From IMG/VR virus record IMGVR_UViG_2537562015_000012: DNA of 18,580 nt. One strand, 5' to 3'. Source of the stretch: a virus (taxonomy: Duplodnaviria; Heunggongvirae; Uroviricota; Caudoviricetes). The notes below the pieces were generated by a model that was not told the origin of the DNA, made no database searches, and saw only the letters and a program-made list of their open reading frames with translations. This document shows positions 8,920 to 16,731 of the stretch, piece by piece. Position numbers and translations under genes: made by a program. Every line of letters starts with the position of its first letter. The stretch's first letter is position 1.

Positions 8920-9150
8920 ATGATGAGCACACCATTTTACAAAGTGCGCCAGTTAGCTTCTTCCTCTGGCTGGCAGCTACGGTTTGAGGGGCGTTCAGAC
9001 TGGCTACCCATTGCGGCATGGGCGAATGTTGAAATGTGTATTGACGGCGATACCGTTGAAATCATTATTCCCTGCGTGGCAAGTCGGGACGGCTGTATAG
9101 AGCCAACAGATATGGCAGCAGAAATCAGAGAGGTAAAACATGAACAATAA
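8920..9150 (+). CDS. small hypothetical protein (76 aa)
   Basis: GAGGGA Shine-Dalgarno upstream of ATG at 8920; lies between the two iteron clusters. Confidence 0.5.
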   Translation: MMSTPFYKVRQLASSSGWQLRFEGRSDWLPIAAWANVEMCIDGDTVEIIIPCVASRDGCIEPTDMAAEIREVKHEQ

Positions 9151-9877
9151 CTATTGCATACTGCAGGGAATGACCAGAACGGAGCGCGAAGAATTAAAAA
9201 GTTTCGCTACACAGTGCGGGAATGCTGGCGACATCCAAAGTCTGGAACGCACTTTAATTATGATTGCGCACTGGATGCGCCAGGGGCAAAGAGTTTCATT
9301 TACTGAATATGCCAGCCAGTGGACAGAGGCACAGCGCGAACGGAGCGACGGTAATCACTCAACACCCGAAATGGCGAAGCAATGGCCTTTCAGTGGTAAA
9401 CGCTGTATCAGTCCCGGTGGTTCAGATTATTACCCTGCTGGTGTGGGAGATGAGCCATGTTGTGACGAGACTGAAATCCGCCACGCAGTGACAGTAATTA
9501 CCGCTGAATACCCACAATTTAACCTTGACGGACTGGCGCTCCACAACCGGAATGCGGACTGGGAAAACCCGCTTGATAACCCGTCATTTATCGTATCGGC
9601 GAAAAGCTGCCTGAGATGGATCAGAGACAACGGGATGAGTAATGCCCAGATTGAGAGCTTCCCGCAGGATAACCCCACATCTGACACGTTGAAGCATGAA
9701 GTGGAGCGATATAACCAGATAAACCACCAGCACAGTGATCACCCGCACTATATCCCCAACGGAGCATTTATTGCGGCGATGGTGGCAAGCGGCTACAAGG
9801 TTAAGCCAGCGGGAAGAATGAACGCATTTTTCAATATTTCAAAAAAGGGATTATGTGCTGCTATGGGTAAAAATTAA
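9140..9877 (+). CDS. hypothetical protein (245 aa) with Cys-containing segment
   Basis: GAGAGG Shine-Dalgarno then ATG at 9140, overlapping the upstream gene by 11 nt. Contains CISPGGSDYYPAGVGDEPCCDE. No family recognised. Confidence 0.6.
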   Translation: MNNNYCILQGMTRTEREELKSFATQCGNAGDIQSLERTLIMIAHWMRQGQRVSFTEYASQWTEAQRERSDGNHSTPEMAKQWPFSGKRCISPGGSDYYPAGVGDEPCCDETEIRHAVTVITAEYPQFNLDGLALHNRNADWENPLDNPSFIVSAKSCLRWIRDNGMSNAQIESFPQDNPTSDTLKHEVERYNQINHQHSDHPHYIPNGAFIAAMVASGYKVKPAGRMNAFFNISKKGLCAAMGKN

Positions 9878-9882
9878 ATAAA

Positions 9883-9987
9883 TGGTACAGGTCTGTACAG
9901 GTGGGGAGAGGTCATTTTTACCCACCTGTACCACCTGCAGGCCGCGCCACACAAGGGTTTGTGACATGGTGGTACAGGTGGTACAGC
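9883..9987. repeat. iteron cluster 2 (same GGTACAG / CCTGTACC core as cluster 1)
   Basis: Core copies at 9884-9891, 9894-9901, 9925-9932 (inverted), 9971-9978 and 9979-9986, including tandem GGTACAGGTGGTACAG. Confidence 0.6.
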
Positions 9988-10352
9988 AAAAACAGCGATT
10001 TTCTTTATAAGGTATGTTTTGCTCATCTGGCAGACGGAGGTATTCGCTGCGGTTTGGCACATAGCCCAGAACAGCAAAGAGTTTTACGAGACTTTTGTAA
10101 AATCCAGTGTACAAGGGCGTGACGTTTTTGAAGGTGAGCACTACGAAATTTTCGTAGTTCAAAAAATAGCCTCTGAGATGTTGTTATGCCTGTTCAGCAA
10201 ACCATCCGCATAGCTGATCGCGAATCAAATTACCAATGGAGCCAGAAGCAAGGGCAGAACTGGAAAGCGCCTGCCGTGAAGAGTAATGCGACTCCATAAA
10301 TATAGTTTTTAGAGTCCATAAAAAAACTGTCAAAACCTGACATACAGAACGA

Positions 10353-10384
10353 TGCCACCAGCTACTGAACGGTGGCATTTTTTT
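10353..10384 (+). terminator. rho-independent terminator
   Basis: ATGCCACC-AGCTACTGAAC-GGTGGCAT hairpin followed by a 7-T run. Confidence 0.6.
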
Positions 10385-10435
10385 GTGCTATTTGTTTCAT
10401 ATTTTGCAATCACAATGATGAATGTTGCGTTTTAT

Positions 10436-10452
10436 GAAACTATAATGACTGT
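10436..10452 (+). promoter_or_regulatory. putative -10 element (TATAAT at 10441-10446) for the downstream operon
   Basis: Perfect TATAAT about 35 bp upstream of the RBS AGGGGGG; no good -35 match found, so weak. Confidence 0.3.
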
Positions 10453-10480
10453 TGTTTTATACAGTTCTAAGGGGGGCGTT

Positions 10481-10654
10481 ATGGCTATTTCAGTAAAGCC
10501 AGTATTGATAAGTGAGAAGCAAATGGAAGCGATAAAGAAAATTCAGGAGGAGCAGCGTAAAAAATCAGAGGTAGGAGTTGCGCCAACGATCCACGAAATT
10601 GCTCGGGGATTAATGGATAAGGCGCTGGCTTACACTTTAACTGGACGTGGGTAA
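10481..10654 (+). CDS. small ribbon-helix-helix-like protein (57 aa), putative operon regulator
   Basis: AGGGGGG Shine-Dalgarno 4 nt upstream of ATG 10481. Sequence has a beta-strand-like KPVLISEKQ, a helix, then GVAPTIHEIARGL reminiscent of the RHH G-x-(S/T) turn and helix B. The longer ORF start at 10352 lies inside the terminator hairpin and is rejected. Confidence 0.45.
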   Translation: MAISVKPVLISEKQMEAIKKIQEEQRKKSEVGVAPTIHEIARGLMDKALAYTLTGRG

Positions 10655-10658
10655 ATTT

Positions 10659-12002
10659 ATGGCTACGTGGCAACAGGGTATTAATTCTGGTGGTTTTCTG
10701 GCTGGCATCGGTGCGCAAAATGAGAATGCGCCAAAGGCAAGCGACATTAACGCAACGCTTGGTCTGATCCGCGAAAACAATGAACTGGCTCGCTCAGGTG
10801 CAAATAACGTTGCTCTGACAGGTCTTCGTGGTCTGGCTGGAGTTGCTGACATTTATAAGCAGCAGCAACAGCAGGAACGTAAAGCGGCATTCCAGAAAGG
10901 TTATGCAGATGCTTATGCGTCCGGTGACAGGGAGCAGATGCGTAATCTTATTACAGCATTCCCAGAAGAGTTTGAGGAAGTCCGTAAAGGGATGAGTTAT
11001 GTCGATGATGCTCAAAGGGATGATTATGGCAATCTGGCGCTCAAAGCACAGGTAGCCTCATCGCTTGGTCAGGGCGCATTTGGCAGGTTCATGATGGATA
11101 ATGAGCAGGAGATGCGTCGTTTAGGTATCCCTCCAGAAACTATTGCTGAAATGCAGGTTAATGACCCGCAGGGCTTCCAGCATTTCGCAGGTAATCTGGC
11201 GCTGTTTTCTCTCGGTCATGAGAAGTATTTCGATATCAAAGATCAAATGGAAGGTCGTCGACTTGAGCAAGGGCGACTGGATGAAAGTATGCGTCAGGCT
11301 GACATGGAGAACGCGAGAGGATGGGCAAATATCCAGAACGCTCAACTAGACAGGGCTCAGCGAGCACAAATTCACTCAGATGAGATGGGATTGAAGCTAA
11401 TGGAGCTGGGGCAAAAAGGTAAGCCGTCAGCAGACTTAATTAAGGGATTAAATTCTGACATTACCAATTTTGGCAAAAATTATAACTCTGTCAGAGCGGC
11501 GGCAAACTCTCTGCAAGCCCTTAGCAAGGTAAATACTGGCGCTGCCCAACTTGGGATTATCTTCAACTACATGAAATCTCTTGACCCGCAGTCAGTCGTT
11601 CGTGAAGGCGAACAGGTTCAGGTAATGCGGTCTGATGGCATATGGGGACAAATCAAAGGATACATAGACCAGCTTAATGCTGGAAACGGCCTGTCGCAGG
11701 AGGCAAAGGATAACATTGTTAACGCCGCAAAAATCAACGCCAATGCTATGGGGCAGCAGTTTAACCAGCAGGTTGACGAGTATCTCGATACATATGGAGA
11801 AACTATTCCTCAGGGGCTAAGAAAAAGCCTTGAAAGAAGGAAAGCGAAGCTATTTGACGATGTTTCCGGGCAGCCTACATCACAGGCTGGCACTGGACAG
11901 GCAAAAGCGGCAACCGGAGGAATATCAGAAGGCGCAACGGCAACCAACCCTAAAACTGGTCAGAAAATCATTTACAGGAACGGAAAATGGCAGCAAATGT
12001 AA
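10659..12002 (+). CDS. uncharacterised large protein (447 aa; Q/A/N-rich, probably helical/coiled-coil)
   Basis: ATG at 10659 is 4 nt after the stop of the RHH-like gene (alternative GTG at 10647). QQQQQERK and many Q/A/N/E-rich segments. No nucleotide-binding or nuclease motif recognised. Confidence 0.7.
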   Translation: MATWQQGINSGGFLAGIGAQNENAPKASDINATLGLIRENNELARSGANNVALTGLRGLAGVADIYKQQQQQERKAAFQKGYADAYASGDREQMRNLITAFPEEFEEVRKGMSYVDDAQRDDYGNLALKAQVASSLGQGAFGRFMMDNEQEMRRLGIPPETIAEMQVNDPQGFQHFAGNLALFSLGHEKYFDIKDQMEGRRLEQGRLDESMRQADMENARGWANIQNAQLDRAQRAQIHSDEMGLKLMELGQKGKPSADLIKGLNSDITNFGKNYNSVRAAANSLQALSKVNTGAAQLGIIFNYMKSLDPQSVVREGEQVQVMRSDGIWGQIKGYIDQLNAGNGLSQEAKDNIVNAAKINANAMGQQFNQQVDEYLDTYGETIPQGLRKSLERRKAKLFDDVSGQPTSQAGTGQAKAATGGISEGATATNPKTGQKIIYRNGKWQQM

Positions 12003-14083
12003 TCTTACCGGAAGGTTTTGTGCTCGATGAACAACCTGATAACTCACAGTTTCCTGATAGTTCACAGCTTCCTGATGGTTTTGTGCTTGATGCCCAACCA
12101 GAACAGCAGCAATCACCTTTGGTTTCACCAGAGGAAAATTCCAGACAGGAAAATGTTGTTAATAATGCTAACGGTTTCGACCGTTTTATGTATGGCGTTC
12201 TCAGTGGATTGATGGATGTTGGTAAAGGTGTTGGCCTGTTTCAGGATATGACACCAGAAGAGCAAGCCGCAATTCAGTCTCTACAGCAGAAGTTAGCGGC
12301 AAAACCATCAACCGCACAAGATGTTGGTGAGTTCGTTGGACAAGCAGCGCCATTTGTTAGTGGTGGTGGGATTATTTCTCAGGTTCCCAAAGGGGCGGCA
12401 AGACTGGCTGCCGCCGCAGGGCTTGGTGCTGGAGAAGGGGCTATTGTAGCCAATGGAACAAATAGCGATGTTGCTTCCGGCGCTGCTATTGGCGCTGTGG
12501 CTGGCCCTGTAGCCGAACTTGCTGGCCCTGCAATTAATAAAATAGCTGGGAAATTAACCAAGAAGAATGTTTCTTCGATTCCAGATATTGAGGGGATTAC
12601 TCCTGCCGAAGAGAAAATTCGTAAGTTATCTGCACAAGGCAACCCAAATCTTGCCTCTTCGCTTGAAGGGCTAGATCTAAAACCTCAGAAAGAAATTGTT
12701 GAGGCTGCAAATAGGCTTCATGTTGATTCAGTTCTTCCTTCTCATTTATCAGGAAATGAGCAATACCAAGCTGTAGAGCAAGCCCTAAAGTCACGGACAG
12801 GATCAGCGTTAAAAGCTCAAGAAGATAAAGCAATAAGCGAATTAGCCTCTAGTGCTGGCAAGATAATCGATGATGTTGCTGGTGCGCCAGATGCGTTAGC
12901 TATGAGCGAAAAATATATTTATCAGATAAATAGTAGAATGGAAGCACTAAAAAACCGTAGTGATCAGTTATATAAACGTGTTGATTCCGCTCTATCACCA
13001 AGAACAAAAGTCGAAGCAAATAACACAAGCACTATGCTGGAAAAAATCGCTGATGATTTAGGAGGGTGGGATAATCTTGACCCAATAGAAAAGCGAGTTT
13101 TTACAGCAATAAACCCCGGCCCAGATAGCATCCTAACGTATGCAAATTTAAACAGGCAAAGGCGTTTAGTTGGTGATGCCCTAAATAAAAAGCAGGGGCC
13201 ATACAAAGATGCTGATAAAGAAGCGCTATCAAGACTATATGGAGCTTTAGCTGAAGACCAAAAATCTGTCTTATCCAATACTGGATACTTGCGAGATTTC
13301 GAAGTCGCACAACGCCTTGTAGCTATGAGAAAAAACTTAGAAAGGCAAATGGTAAATCTTCGCGGGAAAACACTTAATGGGGATATAGCGTATAAAGTAA
13401 CGAATTCTCTTCAATCTATGGCAAAAGGTGATGCGAGAGGGTTTCGTGAGATTATGCAAAATACTCCATCAAGAACATTGCGAAGGGAGCTAGTAGGAAC
13501 AGCATTAAGAGATATGCTTTCCTCTGGGAAGCGTGGGGCCGACTTTAATCCATCTGGCTTCGCAGATTGGTGGCAAAACTTGCAACACAGTGGACAGCTA
13601 AAGACTTTGGCTGAACATTTGCCAAAAGAAACAATGAGCGGACTATATGATGTATACAAAGTTGCCAGAGCAATAAAAAATGCTAAAGCGCATGAAATAT
13701 CTACTGGTAAGCTGAATGAGTTTGTAAACAGATTTAATCGGGTAACAGCTCCATACGAACTAGCAGCAAAACACATTCAAAAAATAGGCACGATGGTAGG
13801 CGCTCATTTTGGATCGCTTGGAGCCATTGCTGGGGCTGATATTGGAGCAAGATTGGCGAGTAAAGCTCGATTAGCTGGTGGAGCAGGGGCGGCTGATGCT
13901 GCGGATAAATTAATTGCCTCGCCAGCCTTCCAGAGCGCAGTAAAAAATCTACACGGAAAAGCGCCTGGGCACATTGTTGATTCACGTATCAGGCGCTCCC
14001 CTCAATGGAAGAGTTTTTTTAACTCTCTTCCTGAACAGGAAAAACGGACCATCGCCAGACTGGGCATCATTACTTGGCGGTGA
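11987..14083 (+). CDS. uncharacterised large protein (698 aa as encoded; native 705 aa), C-terminus altered by IS1
   Basis: ATG overlaps the upstream stop (ATGTAA context). N-terminal tandem LPEGFVLDEQP / LPDGFVLDAQP motif. Two Gly/Ala-rich segments (GAARLAAAAGLGAGEGAIVANG...; GTMVGAHFGSLGAIAGADIGARLASKARLAGGAGAADAADKL). The final Arg codon and TGA stop are supplied by the IS1 left end. Confidence 0.7.
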   Translation: MAANVILPEGFVLDEQPDNSQFPDSSQLPDGFVLDAQPEQQQSPLVSPEENSRQENVVNNANGFDRFMYGVLSGLMDVGKGVGLFQDMTPEEQAAIQSLQQKLAAKPSTAQDVGEFVGQAAPFVSGGGIISQVPKGAARLAAAAGLGAGEGAIVANGTNSDVASGAAIGAVAGPVAELAGPAINKIAGKLTKKNVSSIPDIEGITPAEEKIRKLSAQGNPNLASSLEGLDLKPQKEIVEAANRLHVDSVLPSHLSGNEQYQAVEQALKSRTGSALKAQEDKAISELASSAGKIIDDVAGAPDALAMSEKYIYQINSRMEALKNRSDQLYKRVDSALSPRTKVEANNTSTMLEKIADDLGGWDNLDPIEKRVFTAINPGPDSILTYANLNRQRRLVGDALNKKQGPYKDADKEALSRLYGALAEDQKSVLSNTGYLRDFEVAQRLVAMRKNLERQMVNLRGKTLNGDIAYKVTNSLQSMAKGDARGFREIMQNTPSRTLRRELVGTALRDMLSSGKRGADFNPSGFADWWQNLQHSGQLKTLAEHLPKETMSGLYDVYKVARAIKNAKAHEISTGKLNEFVNRFNRVTAPYELAAKHIQKIGTMVGAHFGSLGAIAGADIGARLASKARLAGGAGAADAADKLIASPAFQSAVKNLHGKAPGHIVDSRIRRSPQWKSFFNSLPEQEKRTIARLGIITWR

Positions 14084-14133
14084 TGCTGCCAACTTACTGA
14101 TTTAGTGTATGATGGTGTTTTTGAGGTGCTCCA

Positions 14134-14409
14134 GTGGCTTCTGTTTCTATCAGCTGTCCCTCCTGTTCAGCTACTGACGGGGTGGTGCGTAACGGCAAAA
14201 GCACCGCCGGACATCAGCGCTATCTCTGCTCTCACTGCCGTAAAACATGGCAACTGCAGTTCACTTACACCGCTTCTCAACCCGGTACGCACCAGAAAAT
14301 CATTGATATGGCCATGAATGGCGTTGGATGCCGGGCAACTGCCCGCATTATGGGCGTTGGCCTCAACACGGTTTTACGTCACTTAAAAAACTCAGGCCGC
14401 AGTCGGTAA
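14134..14409 (+). CDS. insA: IS1 InsA
   Basis: 91-aa [46 protein letters not shown]... (zinc-finger/HTH InsA). A6C frameshift motif TTAAAAAAC at 14383-14391. Confidence 0.95.
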   Translation: MASVSISCPSCSATDGVVRNGKSTAGHQRYLCSHCRKTWQLQFTYTASQPGTHQKIIDMAMNGVGCRATARIMGVGLNTVLRHLKNSGRSR

Positions 14410-14831
14410 CCTCGCGCATACAACCGGGCAGTGATGTGATTGTCTGCGCGGAAATGGACGAACAGTGGGGCTACGTCGGTGCTAAATCACGTCAGCGCTG
14501 GCTGTTTTACGCGTATGACAGGATACGGAGGACAGTTGTGGCGCACGTTTTCGGTGAACGCACTCTGGCCACACTGGCGCGTCTTCTGAGCCTGCTGTCG
14601 GCCTTTGAGGTCGTGGTATGGATGACGGATGGCTGGCCGCTGTATGAATCACGCCTGAAGGGAAAGCTGCACGTTATCAGCAAGCGTTACACTCAGCGCA
14701 TTGAGCGACATAATCTGAATCTGAGACAACATCTGGCAAGGCTGGGACGGAAGTCACTGTCGTTCTCAAAATCGGTGGAGCTGCATGACAAGGTCATCGG
14801 GCATTATCTGAACATAAAACACTATCAGTAA
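14328..14831 (+). CDS. insB: IS1 InsB (expressed as InsAB' transposase by -1 frameshift)
   Basis: 167-aa frame ...[28 protein letters not shown]...[70 protein letters not shown]. Confidence 0.93.
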   Translation: MPGNCPHYGRWPQHGFTSLKKLRPQSVTSRIQPGSDVIVCAEMDEQWGYVGAKSRQRWLFYAYDRIRRTVVAHVFGERTLATLARLLSLLSAFEVVVWMTDGWPLYESRLKGKLHVISKRYTQRIERHNLNLRQHLARLGRKSLSFSKSVELHDKVIGHYLNIKHYQ

Positions 14832-14855
14832 GTTGGAGTCACTACCTTACTTGGC

Positions 14856-14881
14856 TATCTAATGATCCAGATAATGACTAG
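14856..14881 (+). other. displaced native 3' end of the 705-aa gene (8 codons LSNDPDND plus TAG stop)
   Basis: Removing IS1 and one TSD copy restores ...GIITW-LSNDPDND-stop in frame; native stop TAG at 14879-14881. Confidence 0.7.
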
Positions 14882-14886
14882 TGAAT

Positions 14887-14916
14887 GGCCACGGATGGCC
14901 TCAATCTTTATTCTTT
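14887..14916 (+). terminator. short GC hairpin plus T-rich tract between convergent genes (possible terminator)
   Basis: GGCCA-CGGA-TGGCC hairpin at 14887-14900 followed by TCAATCTTTATTCTTT; lies 5 nt after the native stop of the large operon. Confidence 0.35.
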
Positions 14917-15326
14917 GAAATAGAGTCATTGATCTTTTCGAAACACCAATGAAATCCACAAAAGAGAGCTACACCAATATAACAATACAAAACTATCAAC
15001 CACCTTTCAGTGTCCGAAGGGTAAAAAACATCAATTACATAAGCAACACCAATTGGTATTAATGCTAGTAATAACATCGACACAGGACGTACAAACTTCT
15101 GAACTATATCAATTTTATAGAACCACAAGGCGGTATGTTTAATGATATAAGTAAAGATGGCTGCGCCAATAATGGCAAAAAACACCATCGATAAAGTCGG
15201 GTATAACTTTGCGACAATTAAACCCAACAAAATAATTATAACTGCCTGCCCCCTCACACCAACCCTCCCTTTAGCTTTGTTTAGAATGGCAATCATCATA
15301 TATCCAAGACATGGCATTTGGTACAT
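14901..15326 (-). CDS. small integral membrane protein (141 aa, about 4 predicted TM helices), AT-rich
   Basis: Hydrophobic stretches AVIIILLGLIVAKLY, VFFAIIGAAIFTYII, SMLLLALIPIGVAYVIDVF and LIVLYCYIGVALFCGF. Convergent with, and ending 19 bp from, the native stop of the large operon. Start codon uncertain (ATG at 15326 or internal ATGATG). Confidence 0.55.
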   Translation of the reverse strand: MYQMPCLGYMMIAILNKAKGRVGVRGQAVIIILLGLIVAKLYPTLSMVFFAIIGAAIFTYIIKHTALWFYKIDIVQKFVRPVSMLLLALIPIGVAYVIDVFYPSDTERWLIVLYCYIGVALFCGFHWCFEKINDSISKNKD

Positions 15327-15445
15327 AGCTTGGGTCGGGATTTCAAATCCGCTCCCCGTTGATGGGGCCGTTACAGTACGCGCATATCCGCTTTATGTGA
15401 AACAGGAAGATTTTTCTGATATCACTGCCACAGCAAAACACCAAT

Positions 15446-15756
15446 TTCGTGACCAGTACGCGCGCGAGGTGTATCAGTTGCAAAATTTTTTGCAGCTGTG
15501 TCCGACCAGTACGCACGCGATGGCGGGGAGCACCATAAAACTGTTCTCTACATAAGACAGAGTGGTGGTGATGTGTTGATTATCGGCGTATATGCGCACA
15601 GGACGCGCTATGACGATGTTTTATGCGGGTACACCAATCACATGTATCTGGTGTGATAAATCGCGTTACATGACCTCTCATGTTGTGCTGGTGGTTATCA
15701 CGACGTTCTGAATCTGGCCTTTGCCTGATATTTTGCGACAAGTACGCGCGCGTAGC
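15446..15756 (+). repeat. dispersed 22-bp repeat family TTTCGTGACCAGTACGCGCGCG (copies B, C, D)
   Basis: Copies at 15446-15470, 15500-15523 (ACGCACGCG variant) and 15731-15756, plus a degenerate copy at 15371-15385. All in the same orientation, each with an alternating CG tract. Confidence 0.6.
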
Positions 15757-15780
15757 ATCGACAGCATACACATTGGATAT

Positions 15781-15981
15781 TCATTTTGTGACCAATGCGA
15801 TAAGTAGCGGGATAAGAATTGATAAAATCAACAGGACGATGATCCACTTCTGATTCTCGTCCATCTTATCTGCTAGGCGACGCTCCATTCCGTGCATATC
15901 ACCGCGAATGGCAATCATCTCATTGCGAACATCCGAGAAGTGGTTGGCTTGATGTTCAATGTGTGGCGTTCTGCCTTTCAT
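15781..15981 (-). CDS. small tail-anchored membrane protein (66 aa)
   Basis: Polar N-terminal 45 aa followed by C-terminal hydrophobic helix WIIVLLILSILIPLLIALV. Lies 79 bp downstream of, and on the same strand as, the 16061..16516 gene. Confidence 0.4.
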   Translation of the reverse strand: MKGRTPHIEHQANHFSDVRNEMIAIRGDMHGMERRLADKMDENQKWIIVLLILSILIPLLIALVTK

Positions 15982-16060
15982 TCCTGATCCTCACCTATCG
16001 TCACCACCTGCTGGTGTATAAAGGTATTGGCCCAAGCAGCTTTCTAATGGGCACTCATGT

Positions 16061-16516
16061 TTATACGCTGACCTTACAATCAATCACCGCTTTTAACTTT
16101 TCAGCATTGCTTCCCTGACGCTTCCACGCGCTGTAAATATCTTTATCCCACGCTTTACCAGCTTTTGTTTGATAGCCTGCTTCATTGATCCGTTCAGCTA
16201 TCACACGCCCATTATCAAATCCCTGTCGGATGGTATCGGCAATGATCTTTATAACTGCCGTTTCGTTATATGGCTTTGGTGGGATGTTCGGCTTTCCGGC
16301 AATAAGCGACGCAGCGGCTTTTTCCATGCGCTCCACCAGCCCAAGCATTCGTGAATCAATAGACTTTTCCGGCTGTCCCAGCTTCATGCGAATCGCATCA
16401 ACAAGCCAGGAGGTTTTATCCCCTCCAGAAGCGAGAACAGACCGATTAAACTCATCCTGCAATTCAGATGGGATGCGGAACGCGACCAGATTAGATTTGC
16501 TCATTGCAAAGACCAT
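16061..16516 (-). CDS. RHH-domain DNA-binding protein (151 aa) with uncharacterised C-terminal domain
   Basis: N-terminus SNLVAFRIPSELQDEFNRSVLASGGDKTSWLVDAIRMKL fits a ribbon-helix-helix pattern (beta-strand, helix A, G-x-T-S turn, helix B). A palindrome ACAGT-ATACC-ACTGT sits just upstream of the start. Confidence 0.55.
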   Translation of the reverse strand: MVFAMSKSNLVAFRIPSELQDEFNRSVLASGGDKTSWLVDAIRMKLGQPEKSIDSRMLGLVERMEKAAASLIAGKPNIPPKPYNETAVIKIIADTIRQGFDNGRVIAERINEAGYQTKAGKAWDKDIYSAWKRQGSNAEKLKAVIDCKVSV

Positions 16517-16617
16517 ATCAGTGAGTAATATCCATACAGTATACCACTGTATAACACTGTTATACGCTCAAATATCAACCAGAAAATAACGGACCAATCA
16601 CAAAGCTATCGCTGTGT

Positions 16618-16731
16618 TGTTGGTTCAGAGCTGGACTGTGTTGGTTCAAAATGAGTTGATGTTGGTTCAATATTTCTGAAAAAACACAATAAAAACAACG
16701 ATCTTTACAAATTGAACCAACTGAACCAACA
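16618..16731. promoter_or_regulatory. iteron/operator array: three TGTTGGTTCA direct repeats at exact 21-bp spacing plus two inverted copies abutting the promoter of the PerC-like gene
   Basis: TGTTGGTTCA at 16618, 16639 and 16660; inverted TTGAACCAAC at 16712-16721 and TGAACCAACA at 16722-16731; TATAAT at 16748-16753; ATG at 16767. Confidence 0.6.

Larger units (their letters stand above)
14079..14846 (+). mobile_element. IS1 insertion sequence (768 bp) with 9-bp target site duplication
   Basis: Left end GGTGATGCTGCCAACTTACTGAT at 14079; right end ...ATCAGTAAGTTGGAGTCACTACC ending at 14846. Perfect direct repeat TTACTTGGC at 14070-14078 and 14847-14855. Contains insA and insB. Confidence 0.95.

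Noticed and set aside
9851..10213. Overlapping ORFs on both strands (9851..10162, 9874..10077, 9901..10122, 10019..10213) in the iteron/intergenic region
   Set aside because: They overlap one another and the GGTACAG repeat cluster, use alternative start codons and lack Shine-Dalgarno sequences; most likely noncoding.
10352..10480. Long version (100 aa) of the RHH-like ORF starting at 10352
   Set aside because: The start codon lies inside the terminator hairpin and the N-terminal extension is hydrophobic with poor codon usage; the ATG at 10481 has a strong AGGGGGG Shine-Dalgarno.
11987..15326. Classic pore-forming colicin plus immunity gene
   Set aside because: The convergent membrane gene fits the architecture, but I see no TonB or TolB box, no uninterrupted 40-residue hydrophobic hairpin near the C-terminus and no lysis gene; kept only as a loose analogy in the findings.
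15157..15555. Plus-strand 132-aa ORF
   Set aside because: Largely antisense to the 4-TM membrane protein gene and runs into the repeat-containing intergenic region; no Shine-Dalgarno; composition consistent with an antisense artefact.
16517..16560. LexA box upstream of the RHH-domain gene (CTGTAT-containing sequences)
   Set aside because: Spacing does not fit CTGT-N8-ACAG; the sequence is better described as an ACAGT/ACTGT palindrome of unknown specificity. The only convincing LexA box is at 17693-17712.
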